In this document: piece by piece, positions 39,201 to 50,691 of the stretch
Layout of the letters: the number at the start of each line of letters is the position of its first letter
Numbering within the stretch: the stretch's first letter is position 1
Origin: Malacoraja senta
Taxonomy: Eukaryota
Reading direction: 5' to 3'
Assembly: GCA_038087875.1 (NCBI GenBank)
Contig: CM075991.1
Span: forward strand, 12,712,001 to 12,776,000
Length of the DNA: 64,000 nucleotides
Notes under the pieces: generated by a model
The model's input: the letters and a program-made list of their open reading frames with translations, nothing else
Told to the model about the DNA's origin: nothing
The model's database searches: none
Program-made: the position numbers and the translations under genes

Positions 39201-42200
39201 TGTTGAAAATCTGAAATAACAGGAATTGTTGGAAATAGTTGCAAAGAAAGAAACCGAGTTATTGTTTCAGATTGACATTGCAAAATAACGATCTTGGAAA
39301 CGGGCCCTTTGGGCCATCCATCTTGTTATTCCCTCCTATTATACATCTTTGGGACTCATTTCCATCTTGTTATACATCTTCGGGAGGAAGCCCAGCGTAC
39401 CCAGAGGGTCACGAGGAGATTGCAAAATCCACACAGACAGCACTGTAAAATTGAACCCAGGGTTTCTGGGGCTGTGAGGCAGCAGCTCGAACAGCTGTGC
39501 TAATGTGCTAAGATGTGTGTTCATTTTGTGCGAAGATGTGATCAAGCTTGGGATCAGCCAGAATTGTCTGATAATATTTCCTTGGTTTGCAAATGAATTG
39601 AGAAAGTTACCCGATCGCTCATTGATGCCTACAACTAAGTGAAGGGCCTGTCCCACTGTACGAGGTAATTCAAGAGTTCTCCCGAGTATCCCCTGATTCG
39701 AACTCGGAGAATTACGGTAATAGCCGCTCGTAGGTACTCGGGGCTCTCGTGGACATTTTTCAACATGCTGAGCTTACCACGTTTCCCGAGTACCTGCCGT
39801 TAGCGTTACGAGCCGCTAAGAGGCGTCCCGAGCTCCGACGTACCCGCAACGTAGATTCTACGTGCTTACCACGAGTTTTGGATTTTTTTAGCTCGGGAGA
39901 GCTCTTGAATTACCTCATACAGTGGGACAGGCCCTTGAGGCTATTGGGGAGAAGGTCATGTAATTTCCCACGTCTAATATTTCATTCTCCAACAGAGGTG
40001 ACCCCTAGCTGCAATACCTGCTTCACATACAGTGGGCAGGCTCTGACATGGACCCTATACGGCTATTCTTTATTTGTGTCTTCAAATATCTAAAACTCTC
40101 CTTTTCTCTACAGAGGCCCTTCAAATTTTATTTACCTGATCACAAAGCATTTGTTTTTTTTGTTTCTTTTTTTAAATTTATTTATTTATTTTTATTTAAT
40201 TTTTATTAGAAGTATTGTACAGTGCAGTAATCTCAAACAAACTTAAAATTATACATTTCTTGTACCACTTCTTATTTTAAACTTTAATAAGAAAAAGGAT
40301 AGAAAGAGTTAGCAGAGATAGTAAGTGAGTGAGTGAAAGAGTGGTCCAGGAACACCCATAGGGACCTAAACCACAAGAAAGAGTTAAACAAAAAGAAAAA
40401 ACCAAAAGAAGGAAAAAGATTAAAAAAAGAAAATAAGATAAGATGAGACAAGATAAACGGGATGTACCTACTCATATCTTTACACACCCCTCACCAGGTC
40501 CTGAAACCATTTATTATCAACATTTTGTTGCACTCTATATTTGTAATAAGTCGATAAATGGAGACCAAATCTTTTGGAAATGGTCTGGTTTACCTGCTAA
40601 GAGGAATCTCATATCTTCTAGGTGCAACAGTTCTGACATACTAGAAATCCACATTTTTATCGTTGGCGTGGGAGCGTTTTACCAAAATTTCAGTATAGGT
40701 GTTTTTGCCATTATTAAGCCATAATTAAGAAAGCTCTTTTGAAACGAAGTCAGCTCCAAACTGGCTCGATTGTTCCAAAAATGATCAGTTCTGCATTCGG
40801 TTTCAGTTTTATTTTAAATAATTTCGTGAAAATTTCAATGATTTCATTCCAACATTTTTGAATTTTTATACAAAAAACACATTTGTAAGTTTAGTATAAA
40901 AGTTTATTTGATTACCTTTAAAAGTCTGCATTCCTCTTTCTGCAGGTTGACCATGTTAAAAGCCTACATTATATCGGTGCTGGGGTGGCCTTTCCAGCAG
41001 GCATGGTCTTTGTCTGCCTTCAGTGCATTCTGACGTATAAAGTGGCAGTATCGCTTCTAGATCACTGGACAGGCCACATCAGGGTTATTCTCACCATACT
41101 GGCCTTAATATCTCTCGTTCTCAGTATCCTTCCATGCAGTACTCTTCCCAAACATCTAGCAGAAGAGCAGTGTTACCTGTGAAACAGGAATGAGGATAAT
41201 GTTTGAGAATGTTGCTCCTGAATAAATTCAGGTGGTGAGTACATTGTTTTACATGTCTCCCTCTAATGTACAAAGTCACGTGAAATGTTTTGGCAATTTT
41301 ACAAATATAGAAAGTAGGTGCAGGAGTAGGCCTGTCGGCCTACGAGCCAGCACCACCATTCAATATGATCATGGCTGATCATCCAGAATCAGTACCCCGT
41401 TCCTGCTTTTTCTTCATATCCCTTGATTCTGTTAGCACTAAGAGCTCTATCTTACTCTCTCTTGAAAACATCCAGTGAATTGGCCTTACAATTGAAACAC
41501 TGGAGTAATGCTCACCTCTATGTTAGCAATGTGATTTGAGCGGAGGCCAGATAAACAACCCTGTCTCCAGACTGCGGATGTATGACTGGTGAACAGGCCT
41601 TTCTCTGGGCTGGGGATAACATGCCACGGGGGAATGGATGGAAACCAGAATGAATTTGTACAGAATAGAATAGAATACGTTTATTGTCATTGCACAATAC
41701 TGTGCAACGAAATTCCATTGCATCTCCTCCGGTTAAAAAATACAAACACGACAACCATTAACACATATGTACACTTATTAGTAAAATAATAAATAAGTAT
41801 TTTAAAAGAATTTTAAAAGAATGTTGCATTTCTTGGAATTACATTTTGCTTCCCCAGTATTCTCTGTTGGAATTAAGTTCTACACCGGGTGTTGGAGTGG
41901 AACAAGCACGGTTGCTTTGTGTAAGCATCAGTGCTGACAGTTTTATTCACTTATGTTTTAATTTAAAAGCTGCCAAGCAAGTAACAACATGAAAGGCAAG
42001 CAGAACAAAAAAAATACTTTCCACAAAGTATCATAGTCTTGGATGAAATTAAATTATTTAATGGAAAACAATTTGTATATTTCCCTTAAACTCACTGGTG
42101 ATCCCAAGCACTTAAAGGAACTTTGATGCAGGGCCAAACATATTGAGGTTCACTCCAGCTGTAGAACTTGGGCATGTTTGCTGTCGAATCAGGCCCGGCT

Positions 42201-45200
42201 TGCTTCATTTCATTTCTCTACAGCTATACAGCTACACCTAGTTCCAGTTGACAGCTTTCAAATATATATTAATTTGTACCGAGGGACAGAGCAGATGGCA
42301 AACAACATTTCCTTCTCAACCGTATTGAAGCCATTAAGATGAGGCTTGGAACAGTTTGAAGGGCCTGTTCTGCATTTGCAGATTTGGTATTCAGCCCGAG
42401 ATAGTTGAGGGGCGTCTGTGGTGCTACTAATGATGGAAAACATATTGCAGCAATTATTAGTTCTAAGTTGCAGCTTGTATTCTTGTCCCTACTAACTCAG
42501 ACTGTCATTATCTAATTTTGGAATATTTGTGGAAAGCCAGCAGTTCTGAGCTAGTGTTCATTTATATTATATTGTTCTGAACATTTCCTTATGACATTGA
42601 AGGTGGCCATTTATGTTAATGTTGGCTCATGAAGCAATCCCATATCCCAATAGTTCTCCTTCTCTCCAGAGATGCTGCCTGTCCCGCTGAGTTACTCCAG
42701 CAATTTGTGTGTATCTTCGGTGTAAATCAGCATCTGCAGTTCCTTCCTACACATCCCCCAATAGTTTCCTCTGTTACCCAAGATAGACACAAAAAGCTGG
42801 AGTAACTCAGTGGGACAGGCAGCATCTCTGGAGAGAAGGAATGGGTGACGTTTCAAGTCAAGACTCTTCTTCAGACTGAAAGTCACGGGAAAGGGTCACA
42901 AGAGATATAGACGATGATGTAGAGAGATATAGAACAATGAATGCACAGAGAGGGCGCAGCAAGAGAGGATGTTGCCGAACTCTCGTCAGAGAGAGGAGGA
43001 GAACGTCTTCAAAGTAGACATATCTTGAGGAGATTTTGCAGTGGAGCAGACGAAATGTGTAGGAAGGAACTGCAGATGCTGGTTTAAACTGAAGCATCAG
43101 TGGGAAACCCATGCGGTCAAAAGCAGAGACAGCAGCAGACGTCAGACTTAAACCTGGGCGGCTAGAGTTGTGCCGGAGCAGCTCACCAACTGTGCCACGG
43201 TTATTTCTGTAATGCTATTTTTGAAGGCATCTTTTTTATTGTACGCATTCTTGTAAAACTACCAGGGTTTTCCATTGAAAAACATCTTTAACTGAAATGT
43301 CAGTTCTAATCTGTACTCATTATTATTGCATGGTTTCACTTTTTTTTGGACACTTGAATGAAAATTCCGTTTTTGAAGATGGTGGTGCATTAGTTTGCAG
43401 CCATTTTAGCCTGCACTATTCCAATGGTATAACACTGCAGTAGACAGTTATTATCACCATTTTCCTTAATCATGACATTTTCCTAAAGCATTCCATCACC
43501 TAACCACAGATTTCTTAACGGATAAATATAACTCATTGCGATCCTTTGGTGATCCTGTCCAGTGCTACCTACAGACAGAACCGTCACAGGGCTGTTTATT
43601 TGCAGGGAAGAAAATTTGACATCTAGATAAAGCAGTTAATGCAGTTCTTTGCACAAGAAAATGACTGCAGTGTAGGAGCTGGGAACGGCAGGAGAACTCA
43701 TGCCTTATAAGGAATTGCAGAGAAGATGGCTGATTACAGAATCTCTGTGCTTGCCAGTTATTTACGGCCACACAGCCCGCTGTTTAAATTACCTTGGTTC
43801 ACACCCATTATATTAACAGAACAAAGGAAGTGTTTTCATAATGAAGATTAAAATATTTTGTCATCTAGGAATGAAATGATGATATTGATGTAGCTGATCA
43901 TAAGAAATAATAAATTCTGTCAGAGGAGAAGATTGGTGGGCTTATAGTGGGAGCTAATGTTCAGGGTGGATTATAATGTATTGACACACAAACACAGTCC
44001 CCTCATCCCCTCTAGGCTCTGGGGAAATGTTTGCTTTTTGTTCGGCTAGCATAGAGGACATTAATCAATTCTATTGTGTAACAGCGCTTATTAGTGTTTT
44101 AGCAACCAGAAACGAGAGGGAGAAGCACTTATTGGCTTCCTACGTGGTGCTGGTAAAGCATATCCCCCACAGTGATGGTCTTATTCTCAACCACATATTT
44201 CACCCTATTGTTAGCAAGTTCAGATTGTTCATTTTGCACAATACCCTAGCTCAGATGGCCAGAATTTGGGTAATCTTGATGCAATTTAGTCTGTCGTCTG
44301 AAATCCTGACCACACCTACTCGTGTAGTATTGATTTAATTTCGGGCGACCTCAATCAAGATCGACAGTATTCCACACCTTGGCCAGGATTGATTAAATTT
44401 GTCAAACACTTCCAAGTGAGTCTGAAGAAGGGTTTCGGCCCGAAACTTTGCCTATTTCCTTTGCTCAATAGATGCTGCTGCACCCGCTGAGATTCTCCAG
44501 CACTTTTGTCGACCTCCAAGAATTAAGTTTAATTCATAAACACAGGGATTATTTGATGGGAAGGAAGTGAGCATACTGGTTAATGCCTATTGAGACAATT
44601 TTCTCATTTGAGAATGTTCCACACTCCCCTGTGCCTCTGTTCTAGACCTTGGGTTGTGCATTGAGGTGACGTTAATGCATCTAAAAAAGATAGATACAGT
44701 ATAAAAACATTTATAAGGGCGGCACAGTGGTGTGTAGTGGTAGAGTGTAGATCCAGGTTCCATCCCGACTATGGGTACTGCCTGGACAGAGTTTGTATGT
44801 TCTCCCTGTGACCCGTGGGTTTTTACCAGGTGCTCCTGTTTCCTTCCACATTGCAAAGACGTGTAGATTTGTAAGTTAATTGGCATATTTTAATTAACTT
44901 TATCCATGTGGTGAAATTAAAAGAAACTTTTTACCATATACATTACTTGTGTAGATGGTGAAAATTGAAGCCTCTGCAAAATGAAGATTTGGGCAGCTGG
45001 TGAGTAGTGTAGAGTTTGGCCTATTTATCATGGACGTGCCTTTTATTCAGCAGGTTGCAGAAATGTATTATTGTCTCAACTTGTATTTAAGAATACCTAT
45101 CTCTTTGACCAAGTTTTTGCACATCAGATCACTGTGTTTTGGGCAGATTTTGTCTGATGCCACCCCACCCCTGTGTAAAGGGATTGGTAGATTATCTGTG

Positions 45201-47752
45201 TTTGTGGGTACTATATTCAGGTGAGTTGTTCTGGTGTCGTGCAGCACAGAAGCAGGCTCTTCGGCCCATTCTGTCCATGCCGGCCGTCAAGTCCCATCTG
45301 TACTGAGCCTTTTAACTTGTTCTGTTAAGATCAAGCAGAGAAAAGTATGATCAGGCCACATTATCTCCTTATCATTTAACGTAACTAGTAGGGTGTGATA
45401 TTAATAAACCCTGTTGTTAGGCCCATATTACAGCACATTAGTAAAGCTGAAAAGGGATGGGATAGAAGTTTATGATTTAGTTTAGTTTAGAGAACGCGGA
45501 AACAGGCCCTTCGGCCCACCGAGTCCGTGCAGACCAACGATCCCTGCATATTAACACTATCCTACACACACTAGGGACAATTTTTATATTTACCAAGCCA
45601 TTTAACCTACAAACCTGCATGTCTTTGGAGTGTGGGAGGAAACCGAAGATCTCGGAGAAAACCCCCACAGGTCACAGGAAGATCGTACAAACTCCATACA
45701 GACAGCACCCGTAGTCGGGATCAAACCCAGGTCTCCGGCGCTGCATTTACTGTAAGGCAGCAACTCTACCGCTGCGCCAATTGGCTAGGAATTAGTTGGA
45801 AGTGTGTCGATTTTCAGCAATGGAGAGGTCAAGAGCGATGAGAAATACTTGAATTGCAAAGCCGCTAGAAACCCGTGTCCATAGAGGACTACACCGATGT
45901 TTTAGTTCAAAGGTTGGAGACGTGATGAACTGTGGTTAGTGTAGGTTTGAAGCAGCTACGTGGCTGGAGGCACAAATCATTTTCAGCCACCAATCTGCCT
46001 TAAGGCAGCCAATAAATTCATATTCATTCACAAATTAGCCCACTGAGTGAGGCACAAGTAGTCCATTTGTTGTGGCAGCAGCATAATGTGGAGGCAGGTG
46101 GCTTCCTCTCGCCGGTTGGTAAATAACATTGCCAGATCTAGCTGTCGTTTGAATTGCATCATCACAGGCCTCAAATTGTATTCTGTATTGCCCCAGCTAG
46201 AGGCTGCTTTATTTTTGGCTGCCATGTTTGTTTATAATGCTGTTTATCAAATCCTCTTCCTTCCTATATTAATAACAAGTGAGATCACGATAATCTCCCA
46301 AAGGATACCTGCCTTACCGGTCCCCTGGGGGGTTATGCAGTGGCAGGACAGATTACAGGATCCCGCTTTCCTGCCACAAATGCCACTTCCAATATATGGT
46401 GGTGGAAATGTTGTCCTGGCCCCTCGTGTTACACAGGTAGGGTCACCTGTAGTACCATCAGTAGCGTAATTCAATTAGACAAAAAATGCTGCAGGAACTC
46501 AGTGGGTGAGGCAGCATCTGTGGAGAGAAGGAATAGGTGCCGTTTTGGGTCGAGACCCTTCTTCAGACTTCAGTAACAGTAGCGTAATTCAAGTGATGTC
46601 ACATCAATTTCCTATTTTACTCCAAACAATCAAGTTGAATCTCCACGCTTTGCAAAACACCTACTACTCTGGTCTCAAAAGCAGTTTCTCAAATCTAATG
46701 TAGGAGGAGGCCATTTGGCCCCAAAATTTTGTCTGCTCTCAGACCCATCCCAATCCCATCCCTCCAGTATTTTCCTTGAAATTCCTCCTCTTCTGTGTCT
46801 ATTAATACTCTCCTGATTCTCTCCCCAATCATAGTCATACAGTGCAGAAGCAGGCCCTCCGGCCCAACTTGTCCACACTAACCAATAAGCCCAATCTAAG
46901 CTAGTCACATTTGCCTTTGTTTGGCCCATTTTCCGCTAAAGCTTTCCTATCCAAGTGGAATATTGTTAGGGTATCTGTCACAACTACCTCCTCTGGCAGC
47001 TTGTTGCAAATACCCCTCATATTCCACAACCCTGCGAAACTCCATTGGTCACATACCTCCAACCTGAGTATTTTCCTCCCACCACAACCCTCTCTTCTAT
47101 CAGTAAGACATGACCAAGACACTGTTCATCCCGTGCATTTTAATCTTCTGGATCAGGAGATTAATATATATTTCAGTGATCGTCAAGTCTGGTTTAATCA
47201 CCAAAGAGAGCGAGGTGCTTGCACACTGTACACTACAGACCTGTCTGAGTTGTATATGGTTCTGCACTGTAATGGGTTGAGGTTGGCTGTAAAGTTCTTC
47301 ATTGTAAAATATCCTAATATTTGTAGTCTGAATGACCAGCCAATTGAGCCAGAGAGAACAGTGTATCTAGTGGCTGTGCAAGAAGTTGCTGTTCCAAGTT
47401 GCTGGGGGAGTGTACATAGAAAAGCATGAAGGCTTATCCGAGGGTCTGAAACTAATTACTACTTGCTTCCAAATAATTTTCTTCCAAGCAATTTCCTTAA
47501 CAGCTGCATCCAGGCGGTATATTTTTTATTCACGAGAGTTCCCTGCTCCAACACGCTGCTGCTGTATGTGAGTGGATTTTTACTGTTGATGTCTTGGTTT
47601 TCTACGGCACCTTCTCCCTTGAGTTCGGCTCAATCACCAAAGAAACGGTTCTGGCCATTCTGAGTAGTGGACGCAGCAAGACCTCTAAATCCCCGGGCAG
47701 CAACGCATCTGCACACCTGAATAATATCGCTGAGAGCATTGCTATGATTTAA
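21683..47752 (+). CDS. TMEM150A: Transmembrane protein 150A (Frag1/DRAM/Sfk1 family), 270 aa, 7 coding exons
   Basis: Exons 21683-21747, 26059-26106, 27255-27341, 33566-33633, 35562-35689, 40946-41123, 47514-47752 (813 nt, in frame): [38 protein letters not shown]...[22 protein letters not shown]...[23 protein letters not shown]...AAVCEWIF...[10 protein letters not shown]...AESIAMI*. Matches vertebrate TMEM150A end to end as recalled. Confidence 0.95.
22030..22318 (+). mobile_element. CR1 3' end
   Basis: ORF2 end and tail CCTGCACCTATTGTCTATGTATCTATG. Confidence 0.88.
22675..22709 (-). ncRNA. Minimal hammerhead-ribozyme motif (antisense, TMEM150A intron 1)
   Basis: Minus strand AGT-CTGAGGA-A-GGG-TCCCAA-CCC-GAAAC-GTC. 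Confidence 0.6.
22840..23197 (-). mobile_element. CR1/HER1-type 3' fragment
   Basis: [27 protein letters not shown]; same subfamily as 58820-59405. Confidence 0.88.
24554..24587 (+). ncRNA. Minimal hammerhead-ribozyme motif (sense, TMEM150A intron 1)
   Basis: AGT-CTGAAGA-A-GGG-CCTGGA-CCC-GAAAC-GTC-ACT. Confidence 0.65.
24590..24768 (-). mobile_element. CR1 3' end nested inside a Penelope-derived short unit
   Basis: Reverse complement of the young CR1 tail; the host unit is visible on both sides (24553-24587 and 24779-24830). Confidence 0.9.
26059..26106 (+). CDS. TMEM150A: TMEM150A coding exon 2
   Basis: [24 protein letters not shown]| and TG|GTACAG. Confidence 0.94.
27255..27341 (+). CDS. 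TMEM150A: TMEM150A coding exon 3
   Basis: [37 protein letters not shown]| and AG|GTAGAG. Confidence 0.92.
27921..28322 (-). mobile_element. Penelope-like element remnant with inverted terminal segment
   Basis: Minus strand [37 protein letters not shown] (GIY-YIG C-terminus) then the terminal unit; about 48 bp inverted copy of the terminus at 28275-28322. Confidence 0.85.
28481..28838 (+). mobile_element. Non-LTR 3' end or SINE with L2-like tail
   Basis: Ends AGGCGCCCACAAATAAAATGT(ATT)n; no ORF. Confidence 0.55.
29034..32856 (+). mobile_element. Near-full-length CR1/HER1 LINE (5'-truncated ORF1 esterase; APE and RT ORF2 with frameshifts) in TMEM150A intron 3
   Basis: ORF1 [65 protein letters not shown]; tail (TTATGG)n; flanking direct repeat ATAACTGT at 29026-29033 and 32857-32864. 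Confidence 0.96.
33137..33259. repeat. Compound (CA)n/(CACACT)n/(CACACG)n microsatellite
   Basis: Direct read. Confidence 0.95.
33566..33633 (+). CDS. TMEM150A: TMEM150A coding exon 4
   Basis: [27 protein letters not shown]| and G|GTAAGT. Confidence 0.95.
34146..34335 (-). mobile_element. CR1 3' end (young subfamily)
   Basis: Near-identical reverse complement of 38515-38700. Confidence 0.9.
34770..35025 (+). mobile_element. HE1/V-SINE
   Basis: V-domain GAGTTTGTATGTTTTCTC...TTTCCTCCCACATTCCAAAGAC and HER1-like tail. Confidence 0.8.
35562..35689 (+). CDS. TMEM150A: TMEM150A coding exon 5
   Basis: [47 protein letters not shown]| and CAA|GTAAGA. Confidence 0.93.
36552..36940 (-). mobile_element. 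Rex1/Babar remnant: compacted endonuclease fragment plus 3' tail
   Basis: Minus strand [13 protein letters not shown]...[15 protein letters not shown]...[21 protein letters not shown] resembles Rex1 APE; tail ACACGTGACAATAAAG. Confidence 0.6.
37477..38708 (+). mobile_element. Young 5'-truncated CR1 LINE (RT) in TMEM150A intron 5
   Basis: 293-aa open RT ([32 protein letters not shown]), one frameshift at ~38340, (TATGTATC)n tail. Confidence 0.96.
39643..39935. mobile_element. MITE, PIF/Harbinger-like (293 bp)
   Basis: About 44 bp TIRs AGGGCCTGTCCCACTGTACGAGGTAATTCAAGAGTTCTCCCGAG with 2 mismatches; 3-bp TSD TGA (39640-39642 and 39936-39938). Confidence 0.88.
40155..40883 (-). mobile_element. 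L1-clade LINE 3' end
   Basis: Minus strand [15 protein letters not shown]...LIIFG...[13 protein letters not shown]...PTIKMWI...FQKIWSPFI is typical of an L1 ORF2 C-terminus; A-rich tail with AATAAA repeats. Confidence 0.8.
40946..41123 (+). CDS. TMEM150A: TMEM150A coding exon 6
   Basis: [64 protein letters not shown]|; ends at U12 donor GTATCCTT. Confidence 0.94.
41305..41487 (-). mobile_element. CR1 3' end
   Basis: TAGGTGCAGGAGTAGGCC...GATCATGGCTGATCATCC. Confidence 0.85.
42655..43095. mobile_element. Cluster of Penelope-derived terminal units in both orientations, including an internally deleted copy
   Basis: + unit 42655-42752; - unit 42782-42878 with CTGAAGA-AGAG...CTT-GAAACGTC core; further terminal sequence to 43095. 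Confidence 0.75.
44717..44885 (+). mobile_element. HE1/V-SINE (3'-truncated)
   Basis: GGGCGGCACAGTGG tRNA-like head, B-box-like GGTTCCATCCC, V-domain. Confidence 0.8.
45476..45779 (-). mobile_element. HE1/V-SINE, near full length
   Basis: Head TGGCGCAGCGGTAGAG (A box), GGGTTTGATCCC (B box), V-domain, GGGCCGAAGGGCCTGTTTCCGCG tail shared with the HER1/CR1 end, (CTAAA)n. Confidence 0.9.
47514..47752 (+). CDS. TMEM150A: TMEM150A coding exon 7 (stop)
   Basis: [82 protein letters not shown] 47750-47752. Confidence 0.94.
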
Positions 47753-48097
47753 CTGCTCTGGTCCTGGGAGTTATGGTGATTGTGAAAGCCGGGGCACACT
47801 GGAGGATTGATTCTACTCTTATCATCGGTAATCGAGCTGAGACCCTCTGACACTGTTTTTGCAACAATTTTGTATTTTGGTGCAAGTTTGTGATTTAATT
47901 TAATACGAGGAGGTGGACAGTGGAACAGCCCCTTCAAATCGGCACTGTGCCACAGTGTTGGACAGCTAATTATTCATCAAGCTATACTAAACGGGTCACT
48001 CATTTCACAAAAACAGCAGCCTTGGAATAATGCCGAGTGTGACGGATGATTGGGACAAGATGAAGAATAGCATCACCAGTCTCGTCACTTATTTTTA

Positions 48098-49312
48098 TGG
48101 TGTTTATTCCATTCTAATAGAATAAGGATCCTGCTCCATTTCACGAGGAAATGGTGGATGAGGTACTGATTTGAAACTAGTCCCAAGTGAGGGGATGCTA
48201 TGTGCCATTGTAGAGTTGATACACTTGTCACATCATGCTGATGGGTTTGAACTCATCACTTCTGGATTCAAGCCCAGATGCCTTTCTGCCTCAAGATTCT
48301 CAGTCAATAATTTCAGTAAATAAGTGATCCTTAAAGTTAAGATGAGTACTTTTGGATGTACATTTTATAGATTCACTCAGGCCATTTCAATTTCTGTGTC
48401 TCTGTTTCTTTGTGATGTGACTTCTTTTAATTGCTCTTAACATGGAAAGCAGATAGCATGGTTCAAAGTATGTGAGCCTGGGCAACATGGGATTGGCCTT
48501 TATCACTAATGTACCATGTGATTCTTTAAACAAAGTAACTGTGAATGGGGCTTTGTCAAACTTTATACTTGTAAGCAGGTTCTTAGATGTGAAATGGGTG
48601 GAGAAGTCGCCTCAGTGCAAGGTTGGTACTGATCACACCCATACACAATATAGGGCAATACACTCCATCCCAAAACAAAACACGTGGGCAGAGCCTGCGC
48701 CAGTCCTCTTCCCTGGAATAGGTTTGTGTATCCTCTATACGGTTCGACTATCACTCTTCAGGGACACAATGAAGCCAAAGTTTCAGGGAACATTCTGCTC
48801 CCTGCCATTCATCAAGGAATGGAACGAAGTGGTTTGGAATATGGTCTTCTTTTGCTTCTCTGGGGTTAGTTAATTTTGTAGAAAGGTGAAAGGAAGAGAA
48901 ATTTGGCTTTGGGCTTGGCATGAAACAAACAAGACAAACTGGGAGCTCAGTGGCGGAGAGGTTAACAATGTAATACTGGGTGGACAGTAAAAGTTGGCCG
49001 GGGAGCGGATCTGGTTAATTTACTCATGTCTATGTGTTACTATTCCAGACAAATTATAACCAATGATACACAAAGGTTCTAAATCAGTCGTCTGGTTGGT
49101 GTTTATTCCATTCAAATAGAATAAGGATCTTGCTCCGTTTCACGAGGAAATGGTGGATGAGGTACTAATTTGAAACTAGTCCCAAGTGAGGGGATGCTAT
49201 GTGCCATTGTAGAGTTGATACACTTGTCACATCATGCTGATGGGTTTGAACTCATCACTTCTGGATTCAAGCCCAGATGCCTTTCTGCCTAAGGATTCTC
49301 AGTAAATAATTT
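48098..49312. repeat. 216-bp direct repeat pair (48098-48313 and 49097-49312), offset 999 bp
   Basis: The two copies differ at only about 7 positions by eye. Confidence 0.92.
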
Positions 49313-50691
49313 AGCTGGCCTGAATCCTGTTGCTTAGGAATAGTTCCACTGTACAAAATCGCCCTCATGATGACACTAGTAAAACATCACTAAAATCTGC
49401 TTGGAGCCGATGAAGTGGGAGCGTGGTTCGGGCTGCGTAAGGGATATCACCAGTGTTGGGGAAAGGCGGTGCGGAGAATACAAATCTCCAAACACAGCAG
49501 AACTTGACGAGGCATAGATTTTGGTAAAATGAACACCCTGGTCACAGTCAAGGTATAAAGTCAGTCCACATCTGACGTCCGCATCAGATTAATGTTGGGC
49601 TCTATGTCAATGAAATATTTGTGTCTGTTTTATTGTTCAGTCAGTTACACACTACTCTGCACACTGAGGGTTTTCTTGAAGTTTATTTACTGGGTTCACA
49701 GTAAGTAGAGAATCTCCAGATCTCTAGAAGGCAGATCATGAAATATTTTTAGCTGCTTAATGAAATAAGGCAGGAATTATTCAACCCTCTCACCAAAGGC
49801 GCTGTGTCACTTTACAGTGGCCATGTTGTAGACATTGCACACCAAGGTTGACTAATATCAGCAAACTCCCTTCACCCTTTCAGTGGGTCTTCCGACTAAA
49901 CAGTAAGGTCATTGACTGCCTGGTGCTGTCTTGCTGGATGTTTAATAGAAGATGGATCTTTGTATGAAAAGTAAGAAACTCAGGGAAAAAATACATAATT
50001 GAACGGTACATGGATTGAGGAAGGCACAAAGTGCTGGAGTAACTCAGTGGGTCAGGCAGCAGCTCTGAAGAACATTAGATAAGATGTGACTCACCCAGTT
50101 ACTCCAGCACTCTGTGTCATCTTTTGTAAACCAGCATCTGCAGTTCCTTGTATCTACTGGTATGTGGATTGAGTTTGCCAAGTGAAGTTGGAGTCTTGAC
50201 CAGCCATTATGTTATTTTGCTGACACAGCCATGTTCACTCGTACACTTCCATTATTGCTGAAATATCCATTTTGAAACTCTTTGGAGGTTTGATGTTTCT
50301 TTTATTGTGGCCTCTAACGATAATGTTGCAACAGGAAAGACAGAACCCAATGCTTTCCATGAATATGTTTGTTATCTAACAAGAGAATGCTTGCATTCAT
50401 GCACAACAGAGTATCTCAACATGGGAGAAATATCTGAAGTATTAATTATTTAATGAAATATGAACCAAATCCAGCTGTCTGCCCTTTTGTAAATTATTTG
50501 TCTGTTGGAGCTAATTGTTCTCCCTCTCACTTTCCCTCCATTTGACAAACACTGTCTTGTTGTGATGTGTTTCACCCCAGTGACTTACTCCTCATGCAAG
50601 GCTGCATGACGCAAGGGAGCAGGTCTAGGGGACAGTCCAGTCACAAGCCCACTCCAAAACAGGAACTAGAGAAGTGGGGCAGTGCCTATAG

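Larger units (their letters stand above)
41124..47513 (+). other. U12-type (minor spliceosome) GT-AG intron of TMEM150A
   Basis: 5' splice site GTATCCTT (41124-41131); branch point TTCCTTAAC (47493-47501) 12 nt upstream of the exon; no pyrimidine tract between branch point and CAG. Confidence 0.92.

Noticed and set aside
45700..45779. tRNA genes suggested by A/B boxes here and at 44717 and 55184
   Set aside because: These are SINE heads followed by the V-domain; no full cloverleaf.
46911..47429. 172-aa ORF in the U12 intron
   Set aside because: Starts in an antisense CR1 remnant, with no recognisable domain or splice support.
48098..49312. LTR retrotransposon or TRIM reading of the direct repeats
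   Set aside because: No clear primer-binding site, polypurine tract, TSD or clean TG...CA ends; kept only as a duplication.
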